Assembly: GCA_963823665.1 (NCBI GenBank)
Contig: CAWGMQ010000011.1
Coordinates: forward strand, 256,001-320,000
From: an uncultured Planctomycetota bacterium
GTDB lineage: Bacteria > Planctomycetota > Planctomycetia > Isosphaerales > Isosphaeraceae
Length of the DNA stretch: 64,000 bases
Reading direction: 5' to 3'
Shown: positions 1 through 11,983 of the stretch, piece by piece
How positions within the stretch are numbered: the stretch's first letter is position 1
Layout of the letters: the number at the start of each line of letters is the position of its first letter
Program-made: the position numbers and the translations under genes
The notes under the pieces: generated by a model
What the model saw: the letters and a program-made list of their open reading frames with translations, nothing else
What the model was told of the DNA's origin: nothing
Databases searched by the model: none

Positions 1-811
1 GGGCCGCCTGTGGAGCGTTGGGATTTTCTGCTCTCGAACCGTAGATTCTTCCCAGCTCGAACCACACCCAGAAGTTACTTGCGAATCGCCTGGAAGCGAC
101 ACACAGGACTGACGCTGCTCCGGATTGATCGCCGGCATCGTCGATCAAGAGTGCAAGCACGATCAAGCTCGCTGCGGGCTGCGTTTCCAGTGCCCGAGCG
201 TTTGCCGCCAGCGTTTGCAGTGCTGGCAGCGCGTCCGCCGGTGCACGGTCATATTGATCGCGAAGCGCGTTGCGCCACGGGTCGGGATCCGCCGCGCGCG
301 CAACGTCGGTCAGTCGGCGCCAGCTCGAGTCATGCAATCGCGTTCGACGAATGTGGCACCATCGGTCAAGTTCGGAAGCAAGAGCGCGCGTAGATGCCCG
401 GCGGCCGAGTTGCTCCCCAGCAATCTTCGGGTCGACGCGGTCGAGGTCGAGACGATAACGTCGAAACGCCGCGGCAAGCTCTCGGTCGAGCTCGCCTGGG
501 TCGAAGTGATCGGCATACGCGTCAAATGCCGCTGCCAGATCGGCCATCAGTTTCAATTCGGCATCGCCGTCGAGGCCGCTGACATCGTTGGGCGATTGAA
601 GTGTACTCGCCTTGCGACCTGGAGGCTCGTCGGGCACGCCCGCTGCCAGACCGACGCAAGGATTCCCTGTGGTCATCGTTACTCCCAGAATCCATGAAGC
701 GACACCGCCGATGAGCAACCGACGAAACAGTCGCTCTTCACTGCCTGGCGCGGCGGTGGCGTCAGGAATCGTTTCGGCTCGGGAATAGCGAGTGAAGGCG
801 CTGGCAGACAT
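1..811 (-). CDS. TPR-associated protein, N-terminal part (paralog of 887..4758), runs off the window edge
   Basis: Manual translation from ATG 811 (GGAGG upstream): hydrophobic stretch LLIGGVASWILGV, then AAAFRRYRLDLDRVDP...ARAADPDPWRNALRDQ...QPAASLIVLALLIDDAGD...NFWVW, which aligns by eye with the 3727..4836 ORF. Not in the ORF track because no stop lies in the window. Confidence 0.75.
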   Translation of the reverse strand, partial: MSASAFTRYSRAETIPDATAAPGSEERLFRRLLIGGVASWILGVTMTTGNPCVGLAAGVPDEPPGRKASTLQSPNDVSGLDGDAELKLMADLAAAFDAYADHFDPGELDRELAAAFRRYRLDLDRVDPKIAGEQLGRRASTRALASELDRWCHIRRTRLHDSSWRRLTDVARAADPDPWRNALRDQYDRAPADALPALQTLAANARALETQPAASLIVLALLIDDAGDQSGAASVLCVASRRFASNFWVWFELGRIYGSRAENPNAPQAA

Positions 812-886
812 GCAATTTCCTCCGTGCTCGTCCAATGCCCAATCTGGGTCCAATACGAGCCCATGTGTCACCAGGATTTCGGTCGA

Positions 887-3800
887 TCACTCCGGCGCAG
901 TCTGGCGATAGGGCTTCTTTTGCTGGTAGAGCGCCAGTCGCGCGTGGAACTCACCTTTCTTACTTTCGTCGGCGAGCAGCTCGATCGCCTCCAATTGCTT
1001 CTTGACCGCGGCCTCAAAATCGCCCATCTCCGCGTACGACGCGGCGAGGGTGTCGACCAGATAGGCGTCCTTCCATAGGGTTAGCTCACACGCTCTGGCG
1101 GCTGATTCGACGGACTTCTTGCCATTGCGGTATCGTCGGTTTGGGCAAGTCGACCAGATCCAGGCACGACCATTGAGAGCGCTGAAATCCCTCCGATCCA
1201 GCCGGATGGCTTCAGTGTAATCCGCGATCGCTTTGTCGTATGCCTGTTTTTGCGACCAGGCGTAACCGCGGCCGGTGTAGGCGCGAGCGAACCGATCGTC
1301 GAATCGGATCACGTGATCAAAGTCAGCGGTCGCCAGGTCGTATATTCTACTGCGTGAATACATTACCCCACGTTTGTAAAAGCCGACGGTAGTCGTTGGT
1401 TCCTGCGCAAGCGGGTTGCTAGCGGCGGCAAACGCCGCCGTCTTCGCCGCGGGGTCCGTAAGCGACCCAGGCCTGGGCAAGTCTAGACCCGCGATAGGCT
1501 CTACCCCACTCCCCTCTTTGGTCGGAAACGCCAATTCGTCGAACGCAAATTTGAAATCGCTGATGGTGCGTGTCGGGCCCGGTTGCCGGCGCGTTGCTTC
1601 CAAGTACCCCTCGGGTGCCTGTTCGATCTCACCCGCACCCACCAGGGCTTCGCTCAAGCTCTTCTGGGCTGCAGAGTCCCGCGGCTTGATCTGCGTGGCC
1701 ACGCGAAACTCCTTGATCGCTCCGTCGCGCCAGCCCTGCTTCCAGAGAGCCCGCCCCAGGTTCCAGTGGGCCTCAGCAAGACTTGGCTTGAGCCGGATCG
1801 CTTCGCCGAGTGCAGCGACTGCCTCATCCAGCATCGACAGGTGTAGATACGCGATACCAAGGTTCATCACCGTTTCCGCCGATCCCGGCTCTGGACCTCG
1901 CGCCGCACGATATTCAGCGATGGCGGGCCCGAGCGGCTTGATCTCGTTTGGCTCAATCGCGGTGTCGCCGGGCGAGATGATCAGCTCAGGCTTCAGCAGC
2001 TTCGCGTCCCGATAAGCCTCCGCTGCTTGGTCGATTCTACCTTGTCTCGCGAGCGCGATTCCCAGATTCAAGTGGGCGGCTGCGAAATCCGGCCTGATGT
2101 GGATCGCCTCTTTGTAGACGCGAGCAGATTCGTCGAGTCTCATTTGCGCCGCGAGCGCGATGCCAAGATTCAGTCGTGACCGAATGTCGTCGGGCTCGAT
2201 GGCGATTGCCGCACGAAATTCGAGAATGGCCTCGTCGAATCTTTGCTGGCGATCTAGTGCGGCGGCGAGCCCTCGGTGCGCATCGGCTGAACCCCGTCTG
2301 ACCCGAATCGCCTGGCGATACTCGGCGATTGCGGCATCGATCTCATTCTGCTTGGACAAGAGGTCGCCGAGAGTCTGGTGGGCGATTCCGCTGTCCGGCT
2401 TGAGCCGGATCGCTTCCCGCAGATTGGCGGCAGCGTCGGCAAAGCTCCCTTCCTCCGCCTGAATCGAAGCGAGGTTCACGCGCGCGTCAGCCCGACGGGT
2501 GTCGAGCGAGATCGCCTGTTCAAGTGCAGTCTTGGCCCGCTCGCGTTCGTCAAGTACAAGAAGTGCCGCGCCCAGACAAGCCTGCAGCCGGGCATTCCGG
2601 GGATCGGTCCGAACCGCCTCCCAAAGCTCTGTGACGGCGCCGCCGATCTCGCCATTCGCAATCAGCGTGATCGCAAAGATCTCATGGTCGCCCGCTGCTT
2701 CAGGCTTGAGCTGGATCGCCTCGCGGCACTCGCCAAATGCGTCTTCGAGCTGGTACTTCCCGCGATTTGCACGAGAAAGATCCGGTTGCCCCAGCACCTC
2801 AGGATGATTGATCCGGATGGCCGCTCGAAACTCGGCAGCGCTCTCCTTGAGATCGCCTTTCTCGCGGAGGACGCCGGCCAGCTTCGCGTGCGCCGTGGCC
2901 AGCCTGCGGTCCTGTGCGATCGCGCTCCGGATCGCATCAATCGCTCCCGCAGCTCGTCTCGCGGTGACGAGGGCATAGCCGAGGCGGCACAGGACCGATG
3001 CAAGGTCTGGCTTGAGCCGGATCGCCTGACGGTAAGCGTCGATTGCTCCATCAAGCTTGCCTCTTCGCACGAGGGCGTCGCCCAACCTCAATTGCGCTTC
3101 GAGGGTGTCCGGATTGATTCGAATTGCCGCTTTGTACTCTACGATCGCGTCGTCGCGCTTTCCCAGGGCATCGAGCGCACTCGCGAGGCGGTAGTGGTAC
3201 CAGGCAACATCGGATTTGATTCGGATCGCGATTCGGTATTCGACGATCGCTTCATTGAGCTGTTTAAGCTCGCACAACACCACACCAAGGCGATAATGCG
3301 CTTGGTCGTCGTCGGGATTGCGCCGTGTGGCCTCGCGAAGGGCACCGAGAGCTTCCTCGAGCTTCCCAGCTTGGCGTAATGCCATGCCTAGTTCCGAGTG
3401 CACGTCGGGTAGTTTCGGGTTGAGCTTGATGGCCCGGCGAAACGAGCTGGCCGCTTCTTCACCCCTCTTGAGCACCGCGAGTTCCCTGCCCAAGGAGAGA
3501 TGCACCTCGGCGATTGTCGGAGCGAGCCGGAGTGCGTCGCGAAGCGCGGCGAGCGCCGCGTCGGTTTTGCGCTGACGCGAGAACCCCCCACCAAGATTCA
3601 AATAGGCAAAAACATAGTTCGGGTCGAGTCGAATCGCCTCGCGACACTCCTCAATCCCCTGATGGAGGTCTCCCCGAATCACCAGGGCCGCGCCGAGACC
3701 GCTGTGCAGCGCGGCGTGCCCCGGATTCAAACGGATACACGCACGCAGCGCCGCGATCGCTTCGTCCACGTGATTCCTTTCGACGAGTAATTCAGCAAGC

Positions 3801-4758
3801 TTGCTGTAGACTTCGATGAAGGTCGGGTTGAGCCGAATCGTTTCGCGGTACTCGGTGATCGCTTCCTCGATCCTCTTTTGCGATTCAAACGCCTCGCCGA
3901 GCCCGGCGTGGGCGTGGAAGCTGCGTGGCTGCAATCCCATGGCCTTGGTGAAAGCGTTGGCGGCCTCATTTGGATCAGGCGCTGCGCGCCGGTTTGGGCT
4001 AACCGACCAAGCAGATCCCAGACCCAGTAGTTCTCGGGATACCTTCGCGCTGCGACGCGCACCACAGAAGCCGCGTTACGTCCGTCACCCACGTCGTCAA
4101 GCATCAGGGCGAGCAATAGCAGGCTCTGCACGGGTTGTTTTTCCAGTTCCCCGGTGTCCGAAGCGCATCTCCGCAATACGGAGATTGCGTCGGCCTCCCT
4201 GCGGTCAATTTGATCCCGCACGGAGTTGCGCCACGGGTCGGGATCGATCGCCCGGGCCACGTTCGCCAAAGGGCGGCAATCGAGACGCTCCAACCGGATC
4301 CGGCGCATAAAGCTCCAACTGTCGATCTCCGACGCGATCAGAGCGGTCGATGCCCGGTTGCCCAGCCTGTCGCCTGCCACCTTCGGATCAACCTTGTCGA
4401 GGTCAATCCCAGAGCGGCGGAAAGCCGCCGCGAGATCTCGAGTGAACACAGGAGCGTCGTGATGTACGGAAAAGGCATCTCGCGCAGCCGCGAGATCGCC
4501 GAGTAGCTTTCGCTCGCCTTCGCCGTCAATTTGGCCCGGGGCACCCTGGATTGACGCGATGCCATCCCTGTGATTCTGGGGGTCCGTGGCCGCATCAACC
4601 GCTAGAACGGAGGCTGCGGCAGTGGCCACGATCGCCGCGATCGCCGCGAGCGTTCGCCTCGACCATGATCCAAAGTTCACCCGTGCCGACTCGCTCGCTA
4701 TGCCATTCTGCAACAATCGGCGGTTGGCATCGAATCGGGCGGCGCACGATCGGATCAT
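887..4758 (-). CDS. Large tetratricopeptide-repeat protein with N-terminal signal/TM segment (frameshift near 3980)
   Basis: ORF 887..3940 has over 20 TPR-like units (AI.EYR.AIR..P...AH..LG). ORF 3727..4836 supplies the N-terminus; ATG 4758 follows GGAGG. The frames join at YWVWDLLGRLAQ / PDPNEAANAFTKAMGLQP. Confidence 0.85.
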
Positions 4759-4888
4759 ATCAGGTCCTCCGCGACGGGCCTGTTGTCTCCAGAGTGCCCG
4801 GAAACATAGCACGAAACGACAGATTCCGCTATTCACACTTCATGAGTGGATATTCGTCCAGATTCGGTTCACGAACGCTCGCTTGAGC

Positions 4889-4916
4889 TTGACCGAACGG
4901 GTTGGCTTTCTATAAT
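4889..4916 (+). promoter_or_regulatory. Putative sigma70 promoter for the LPS/lipid operon
   Basis: TTGACC-N16-TATAAT about 58 nt upstream of ATG 4974. Confidence 0.5.
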
Positions 4917-4973
4917 GCGACCCAGCGCCGAAGGAATCGGCTGCGCGCTCATTTCTCGTCACGGAGGATCGCG

Positions 4974-6582
4974 ATGGCCGGCCGCCGTAGTTTGCACGCG
5001 GTCGTCCTCTTTGCCGTGCTTGTTCACGGGATCGCCATTTCGCAAACCTTGCTGCCCGCGCAGGACGGCCTCAAGTTCATCCGAATCGCCCGCGAGTTCC
5101 AGACCCATCCCTGGGCTGACGTGATTCGCGGGTCGGATGCCCATCCTCTCTACCCGGCGCTCATCGCAGCCGTCGAGCCGATGGTCACCTGGTTCACCAG
5201 CCCTGGCCCCGCGGCATGGCGGACAGCCGCGCAGATCGTGGCGGTCCTCGCCTCCGTCGCCCTCATTCTGCCAGTCTATGGCATCACCCTGATGCTCTTC
5301 GACAGGCGCATCGCCTGCATGGCGGCCGCTCTCGCGGTCTTGCTGCCCCGCGCAGCCGAGCTGGGCCACGATACGCTCAGCGATAGCCTGGGACTCATGT
5401 GCACCTTCGCCGCGCTCTGGCTGGCGGCAAAGGCACTTCGCAGGTGTGATTGGCGACTCGCGGCGGCTTCGGGCCTCGTGGCAGGCTCTTGGATATCTCG
5501 CGCGCCCGGAAGTCATCCTCGTCCCCGCCGTGGTCGCGTTCACCTGGTTCGTGAACTTCGTGCGCACGCCTCGTCCGCGTGCCCTGTACCGCTTGCCCGC
5601 GCTCCTCGTCTCTCTCGCCTGCGCGTTCAGCGTGATCGGCTCGTACGCCATGGTGAAAGGGGAAATCTCTGAAAAGCTCCCGTTGCGTCTCGCGGTGGGG
5701 CTCGGTCCCAAAATCCACACGATGCGCCGATCGCCTCAACAGCGTCCGCACGGGCTGGATGACCCACGCTGGGACTTCTCTCCCAAGGAAGAGGGCGAGC
5801 GCATCCCGATCCACGGAGTCGCCAACGCCATCGGCCGGATCGTCGGCAAATGGTGGGAAGAACTTTGCTGGCTCTTCGCAGTCATGACCGTCTGGGGCCT
5901 GGCACGGCAGCGGTTCGTCCGTGCCAAGTGCCTCGATCGCGACCCGGATGACTCGAGTGCGATCGAGCGACAGCTTTTCCTTATATACGCAGTTGTGTAC
6001 GTAGTTGTACTCGTGCGCCATAGCGTGTTGCTCGGGTATCTGTCCGGCCGCCATATCATGCCCCTTGTTTATGTGTCGCTTCCCTGGGCCGCTGCCGGTA
6101 GCTTCGTCTGCGCGCGAGGCATTGCACTCAAGCTGCACTGGGACTCCTCCGCACGACGCACCGCGGCGGTTCTGGCGGCGGCGGTGACCGTCGCGGCATC
6201 GATCGTGGTGCAGATGCAGCCCAGTCATCTGAATCACCTGAGCCGGTCGGGCCACTGGGCGGCAGGCCGCTGGCTCGCAGAGCACGCCGAGGCAAGCGAG
6301 CTGGTGCTCGATACTCGCGGTTGGGCCAAATTCGTATCCGGTCACGCGGGATACGACTACTGGCACGTTAGCCAGGCGCTCACCGACTCGCACCTCGCAT
6401 ACATCGTCGTCGGTCTCGATGAGCTCCAGGCACGAAGCCCACGCGCAAAGACGCTGAAAAGCTTGCTTACCTTTGCGGCTACTCCCGTCGTGGATTTTCC
6501 GGCCTTCCCGGGCGATTCCACTCCCGCCGTTCGACTTTATCGCTATCATCGGCCACGCACCTGGGAAGGACTGACTCCGTGA
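4974..6582 (+). CDS. Membrane glycosyltransferase, ArnT/PMT-like (GT-C fold); frameshift near 5490
   Basis: QDGLKFIRIA, HPLYPALI, LSD.LGL, LGYLARPE, YLSGRH motifs and many TM segments across ORFs 4902..5672 and 5446..6582; GGAGG before ATG 4974. Confidence 0.75.
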
Positions 6583-7436
6583 GTTACGGCTCGCTCAAAG
6601 CACGATGGCTTCACGGGGTGAGCTGGACCTGGATCAACGAGAACTACCGCGCGCACCTGCCCGCCAATCTTGCTGCGAGTGTCATGAACATCGAGAGCCG
6701 CGATCGCTTTCACTCCAAGCAAGGGCGCTCGACGGCGCGGGTCGTCCTGCACGGATCCGAGCACCCCCTGCCGGTCTATTTGAAGCGGCACTATCACGTG
6801 CCCTGGCCGGCCCGATTGGCTGCGCTCGTGCTCCCCGCGGGCCGCCATTCGCCCGCCGCGGCGGAGTGGCAGCACCTCGAGCGGGTGCGAAACCTCGGGA
6901 TCAACGTCCCCGATGTCGTCGCCACCGGCGAGTGCATCGGCCCGGGCGCCCGATTGCAGAGCTTCCTCATGCTCGCCGAGTTGACCGGATCGACCGCCCT
7001 CAACGAGTTGTTGCCGCAGCTCGCCGGCCGGCTCGATCGCTCCGGCTTCGCTCTTCTCAAGCGACGTGTTGTCATCGAAATGGCGAGGATCGTCGCAACC
7101 CTCCACCGCGCCTGCGTGTTCCATAAAGACCTCTATCTCTGCCATTTCTTTCTCGATCCGGGCCGCGATGATCCGACGACGGGCCCGCCCGCGCTCACCC
7201 TGATCGATTTGCACCGGCTCAAGCAGCACCGACACCTCGCTGACTGGTGGCGCTGGAAAGACCTCGCCCAGTTGCTCTACTCTACCGATGGAGTCGCCGG
7301 CATCACCCCGCGCGACTGCGCTCGGTTCTGGAAATGTTACCGCCGGCTCGCCGGCATCAAACGCCCTGAGCTCGATGCGTGGATCGTCCGGTTCAGAACT
7401 GCGCGTTATCGGGAGCATAATCGCAAACGGCGGTAA
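6579..7436 (+). CDS. Lipopolysaccharide kinase (WaaP/Kdo/InaA family)
   Basis: VYLKRH, AAEWQHL, HKDLYLCHF, LIDLHRL and KDLAQLLYS motifs. Confidence 0.85.
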   Translation: MSYGSLKARWLHGVSWTWINENYRAHLPANLAASVMNIESRDRFHSKQGRSTARVVLHGSEHPLPVYLKRHYHVPWPARLAALVLPAGRHSPAAAEWQHLERVRNLGINVPDVVATGECIGPGARLQSFLMLAELTGSTALNELLPQLAGRLDRSGFALLKRRVVIEMARIVATLHRACVFHKDLYLCHFFLDPGRDDPTTGPPALTLIDLHRLKQHRHLADWWRWKDLAQLLYSTDGVAGITPRDCARFWKCYRRLAGIKRPELDAWIVRFRTARYREHNRKRR

Positions 7437-7551
7437 AGCCGAAACGGACGCGACGGCGATTTGCTTCAGCCCGATCCGCCAGATCGCGATAAGTCGATGA
7501 TGGGAGAGTGGCGGATCACGGCATGCCGCAATCGACAGAAAGAGGCTCAAC

Positions 7552-8810
7552 ATGCACTTGGCCCTGAACTTTCAGCGAGTCGACCCGGCACGGGGCGGCG
7601 CCGAGACCTATGTCGCCGACCTCTGCCGTCACCTGGTCCTCTCCGGGCACCGAGTCGACCTTTACGCCGAAAGCTGGGCCCACGGCGCGCTGGCCCCCCA
7701 GGTGAACACAATCCCAGTCGCAGCGAGCGGACACACGCGTCTGGAACGGCTTTTGAGCTTTGCCCGGAACTCCGAACGAGCGCTCGCCCATGCCAGCTAC
7801 GATTGTTCGATCGGCTTCGTCAACACCTGGTTCCACGATGTGATCATCCCGCAAGGTGGCGTCCACGGAGGCAGTCTTGCCGCCAACGCACGGCGGTTCT
7901 CCCCGCTGTTTCGACCGCTCTACCTCGCCGCCAAGAAGTCAAACCTGAGCTACTGGGTGCACCGGCTGATCGAGCAGCGACAGTACAACCCGGCGCGGCA
8001 GCCGCGAGTCATCGCAGTCAGCGACATGGTGAAACGGCATCTGGAACAGTTCCACCGCGTTCCGCTGCACCGAATCTATGTCGTGCCCAATGCCATCGAT
8101 CCTGCACGGCTGCAGGTCTCGCAGCCCGGCGCACTCCGCTGCGCCTTTCGCAACCGGCTTGGGCTCGAGCCCGGGCAACTGGTCGGTCTTTTCGCCGGCC
8201 ACAATTTCGCCCTCAAGGGTCTGGGTCCGCTGCTGGAGGCGCTCGCCCTGAGGCGCCGCCAGAACCATGCGGCGCGGCCGATCCATCTGCTGGTTTGCGG
8301 CGGTGGTGATTCGGTCTCATTCGGCCGCCTGGCCCGCAGGCTTGGTCTGGGTGAAACGGTTCATTTCCTGGGTTTCTATCCGCAACGTTGAAGATTGTTT
8401 CTGGTCCAGTGACTTCTTCGTTCAGCCCACCTATTACGACCCGTGCTCGCTCGTCGTGATGGAAGCCCTGGCTTGCGGACTTCCCGTGATCACCACCACA
8501 GTCCAATGGTGCGGGCGAGCTTCTCGAGAACGGACGTGAAGGCCATGTCATCAGCTCGCCTGACGCGCGCGACGAGCTGATTGCAGCCCTGGATCACATG
8601 ACCGACGACACGGCCCGGCGCGCGATGTCGGCGAAGGCGCAAGCGCTCGGGCGCTACCAGACGCTCGACCTGCACGTCGCGCGGCTGATCGCGGTCTTCG
8701 AGGAAGTCGCCGCGGCCAGATCGCGCCGCCTGCCTCACTCGCGGGCCCAGAAAGCCCACAAGAACACGCCTCATTTTGCTCGGCCGCGCCGATCGTGGCG
8801 CTCGGAATAA
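7552..8810 (+). CDS. Glycosyltransferase family 4 (WaaG-like); frameshifts near 8385 and 8500
   Basis: GGAETY, IAVS.MVK, HNFALKG, then PTYYDPCSLVVMEALACGLPVITT, then NGAGELL...ALDHMTDD in successive frames. Confidence 0.85.
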
Positions 8811-8856
8811 ACACATAGGGATAACAGTCTGCCGCATATGCAAGGAGTGCAGAGCG

Positions 8857-9613
8857 ATGCAAGCGGTGTTGCTGGCCGGTGGTAAAGGGACGCGGCTGCG
8901 CCCTTACACGCATGTACTTCCCAAGCCACTCATGCCGCTGGGCGAAGCCGACCCGATGCCGATCATCGAGGTCGTGCTGCGCCAGCTCGGGCGCTTCGGT
9001 TTTCACGACGTCACCATCATCACCGGCTACTTGACCGAGCTGGTCGAAGCGTTCTGCGGCGACGGTCGCAAGTTCGGCACCAGGCTCTCGTATTGCCGTG
9101 AGCCCGCCCCGCTGGGAACGGCCGGCGGCCTGACTCTGCTGGAACGCCCTCGCGAGCCCGTGCTGGTGATCAACGGCGACATCCTCACCACCCTCGACTA
9201 CGCCGAGATGTATGCCTTCCACTCCCAGCCGCAGCGCGGCCGCGACGATCGCTTCCTATCCCCGCGAGGTGAAGGTCGACTTCGGCGTCCTGCTCTTCGG
9301 CGACGATCCCCACATCTTGACGGGATATCAGGAGAAGCCGCAATATTCGTTCGAGGTGAGCATGGGCGTCTACATCCTCGACCCCGTGGCGTGGAACTTC
9401 CTGACTCCGGGCCGCCCGCTGCCGATGCCCGACCTGCTCGAATCGATGCGGCACGCCGGTCACGATATCCACTGCTACCGCCAGGAATGCTACTGGCTCG
9501 ACATCGGCCGCCACGACGACTACGCCACCGCCAACGAAATCTTCGAGTCCCGCCGCAGCGCGTTTCTGAGCAGCCCCACGGTCAAAAAAATGAAGATCGG
9601 GCGCGACCAGTGA
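8857..9613 (+). CDS. Sugar-phosphate nucleotidyltransferase; frameshift near 9225
   Basis: LAGGKGTRLRPYT..LPKPL, PLGTAGGL, VINGDIL, then SMGVYIL and YWLDIGR in the next frame. Confidence 0.85.
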
Positions 9614-11462
9614 ATCTCTTCGCCAACAGCTCGTTCGCCCTTTCTCCGGCTGGCCGTCGCGCGCCGCATACCTGGCCGGCTCGATTCCGTTCGGCTACCT
9701 GATCGCATACGCCGGTGCGCGGCATCGATATCCGCACCGTGGGCTCGGGCAATCTGGGCGCGACCAATGTCGGCCGCACACTCGGGTTTCGTTATTTTCT
9801 GCTGACACTCTTGCTCGATCTCTTGAAGGGTTATCTTCCAACGATCGGTTTTCCCTGGTTGCTCAAATGGCAGACCGGCTCCTGCCCCGTCGATCTGCCG
9901 GTGCTCCTGGCCTCCGCTGCCATCCTGGGCCATACCTTTCCGATCTATCTCCGATTCACGCGGCGGCAAGGGTGTGGCGACCAGCTTGGGCGGAGTACTC
10001 GCCCTCGATCCCACTGCTCATGCGGTATCGCTGCATTGGCATTCGTCATTTTCCTGATTGTTATGTCGTTATGTCTCGCTATCATCGCTTCTCGCAGGAG
10101 TGGTCTTCGCGGCCGCGCCATTTCATGCGTCAGCCGCTTCCCTGGAATCGGAACCACATTGCCATGACCTTATTCTCGATCGCCGTGTTGATCCTGCTCT
10201 TCGTCCGGCATCGCAGCAATCTGGCCCGCATCTGGGCCGGCACCGAACGACGCGTCTCCTTTGGTCGCGGCCCCAAAGCGGGCAGCCAGGCCGGCTGCGG
10301 CAAGATCTCGGTCTTTTCTGGTCGCCGCGCTCGTCTTGCTGGCGCAGCGGCCCTTGGCGGCGTCTGGGCCTACCGCCAGATGAACCGCAGGCTCGAGACT
10401 ACCGCCGGCCCCTGGAACCTGCGCGAAACCGATCGCACCGCCACCGGCCAGCAGCGCGTCGATCGCGTCGTGTTCGCCAGGGGAGGAAATCGGCTCGCGG
10501 CAATCTGCCCGAGATATGATCGCCTGGTTATTTACGACGTCAAGCTCGATGCGACACTCGCGCTCACGCGGGATGTTCAGCTTGAGGGCCGCCCGGTCGC
10601 TATCGTCACCTCCGGCGATCACTTCATCGTGCTCGAGCGTCCGCACGGCGACGATCGCCACATCGAGCCCGGCTGGTGGGAAGTGTTCGATCTCGACGGA
10701 AATCACCGCGGATCTCGCAACCCGGCTGGTTTCTATCCTGACGATCTGGCGGTTTCGATCGACGGCCGGCACCTCTTCGTCATCAGCTCGGGTCAGGCCG
10801 AGGGCGACCCGAAGAAGCCGATGCCGGCCCTCGAGACGTTCGAGCTCGACCTCGCCGCCGGGTCCGGCCGCGTCCGGCGTCGCGTCGAGTTCGACCGCCG
10901 CGACGATCCGGCCCGTCTCGCTCTCTCGGCCTCGGGACGATTCGCCGCCGTGCTCCTGTCCAAGACCAACCAGATCGTAGGGTTCGACATCTCCGTGCCC
11001 GAAAGCCCCCACTTGGTCGGCAGAACGCGGCCTTCCACCGCCGAAGTTCCCTACGTCTCCCCTTCGCCGGATTCCGACTGGATCATGATGCCAGTCGCTT
11101 CGCCGTCCGAGGCGATCGCCATCCCCTCTCCGCTCAAGCGACGGCACGGCTCTTCGAACGCCGCCGCCGAATCGATCCCAAGCCCCGATTTTGTCGTCTC
11201 CGCTCGCCACCGCGATTCCGTGATCGAGCTCGTGCAGAACGCGCCGTTCCGCCCGCTCGGCCGCCTCCCGCTCACCGGCCCCCTCAACCTCGGCAAGACA
11301 CGCCCCACCGGGCTCGCTTATTCGCCCGAACGCGGCCTGCTCGCCGTCTCGACCCGCTCGGGTTCCATTCACTTGCTCGAGCTGGCCTGGCGCAATAACC
11401 AGGATCGCGCGCTTCTTCGCGCACCAATTGCCACCGCGCCCGATACCCCGATTCGACGCTGA
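9610..11462 (+). CDS. plsY: Glycerol-3-phosphate acyltransferase PlsY with a C-terminal beta-propeller-like domain; several frameshifts
   Basis: AYLAGSIPFGYLI, DIRTVGSGNLGATNVGR, LDLLKG, ILGHTFPIYL, GKGVATSLG, YVSLSSL and RHRSNLARIWAGTE. The last motif lies in ORF 9867..11462, which continues about 400 aa with YPDDLAVS.DG and RPTGLAYSP repeats. Confidence 0.75.
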
Positions 11463-11594
11463 GCATATCGTATGCCGCTCTATCCGGCATCGGTCGTCCA
11501 TCAGTTTCGTCTCTCGCAATGAAATCTCAATCCGGCCTGACTCTGGCGAGACTTCGGAAAAATGCGGTAACATCCAGTGAGGGGGACAAACTCC

Positions 11595-11954
11595 ATGATG
11601 ACCGTTCACCTTACGGAAAACCTCGAGCGCCTCGTTCGCGACGCGATCAGCACCGGCCGGTACGTCGGTGTCGATGACGTCATTTCCGATTCTCTCATCC
11701 GCCTCCGCCGCGCAATCGACACAGATGTTGTTGAGCTCGATCGAAGCGCTCCGACTGGCGCGCCGGGCAAGAAACTCACCAAGCAGGAATTTCATCGCCA
11801 TCTCGTGAAAATCGGCCTCCTGGACCAGCCTCCCGAAAATAGCACCGACGCTGTCGATCCGAGCGACCTGGTCGACGACGAAGGCGAGGTCGTCGATGAG
11901 GTGGTGATCCGCGAGCGCCTGATCGAGTGGTTGACCGGATTCCTTGAAAAATAG
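11595..11954 (+). CDS. Ribbon-helix-helix protein, ParD-like antitoxin N-terminus (no adjacent toxin)
   Basis: MTVHLTENLERLVRDAISTGRY..VDDVISDSL. Confidence 0.65.
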   Translation: MMTVHLTENLERLVRDAISTGRYVGVDDVISDSLIRLRRAIDTDVVELDRSAPTGAPGKKLTKQEFHRHLVKIGLLDQPPENSTDAVDPSDLVDDEGEVVDEVVIRERLIEWLTGFLEK

Positions 11955-11983
11955 CGGGTGTTCCCGGGAAAGAACCACGATTC

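Noticed and set aside
10170..11978. Long antisense ORFs (602 aa here; also 60711..62405, 5395..6549, 6546..7553)
   Set aside because: They are shadows of well-supported genes on the opposite strand, as expected at high GC.
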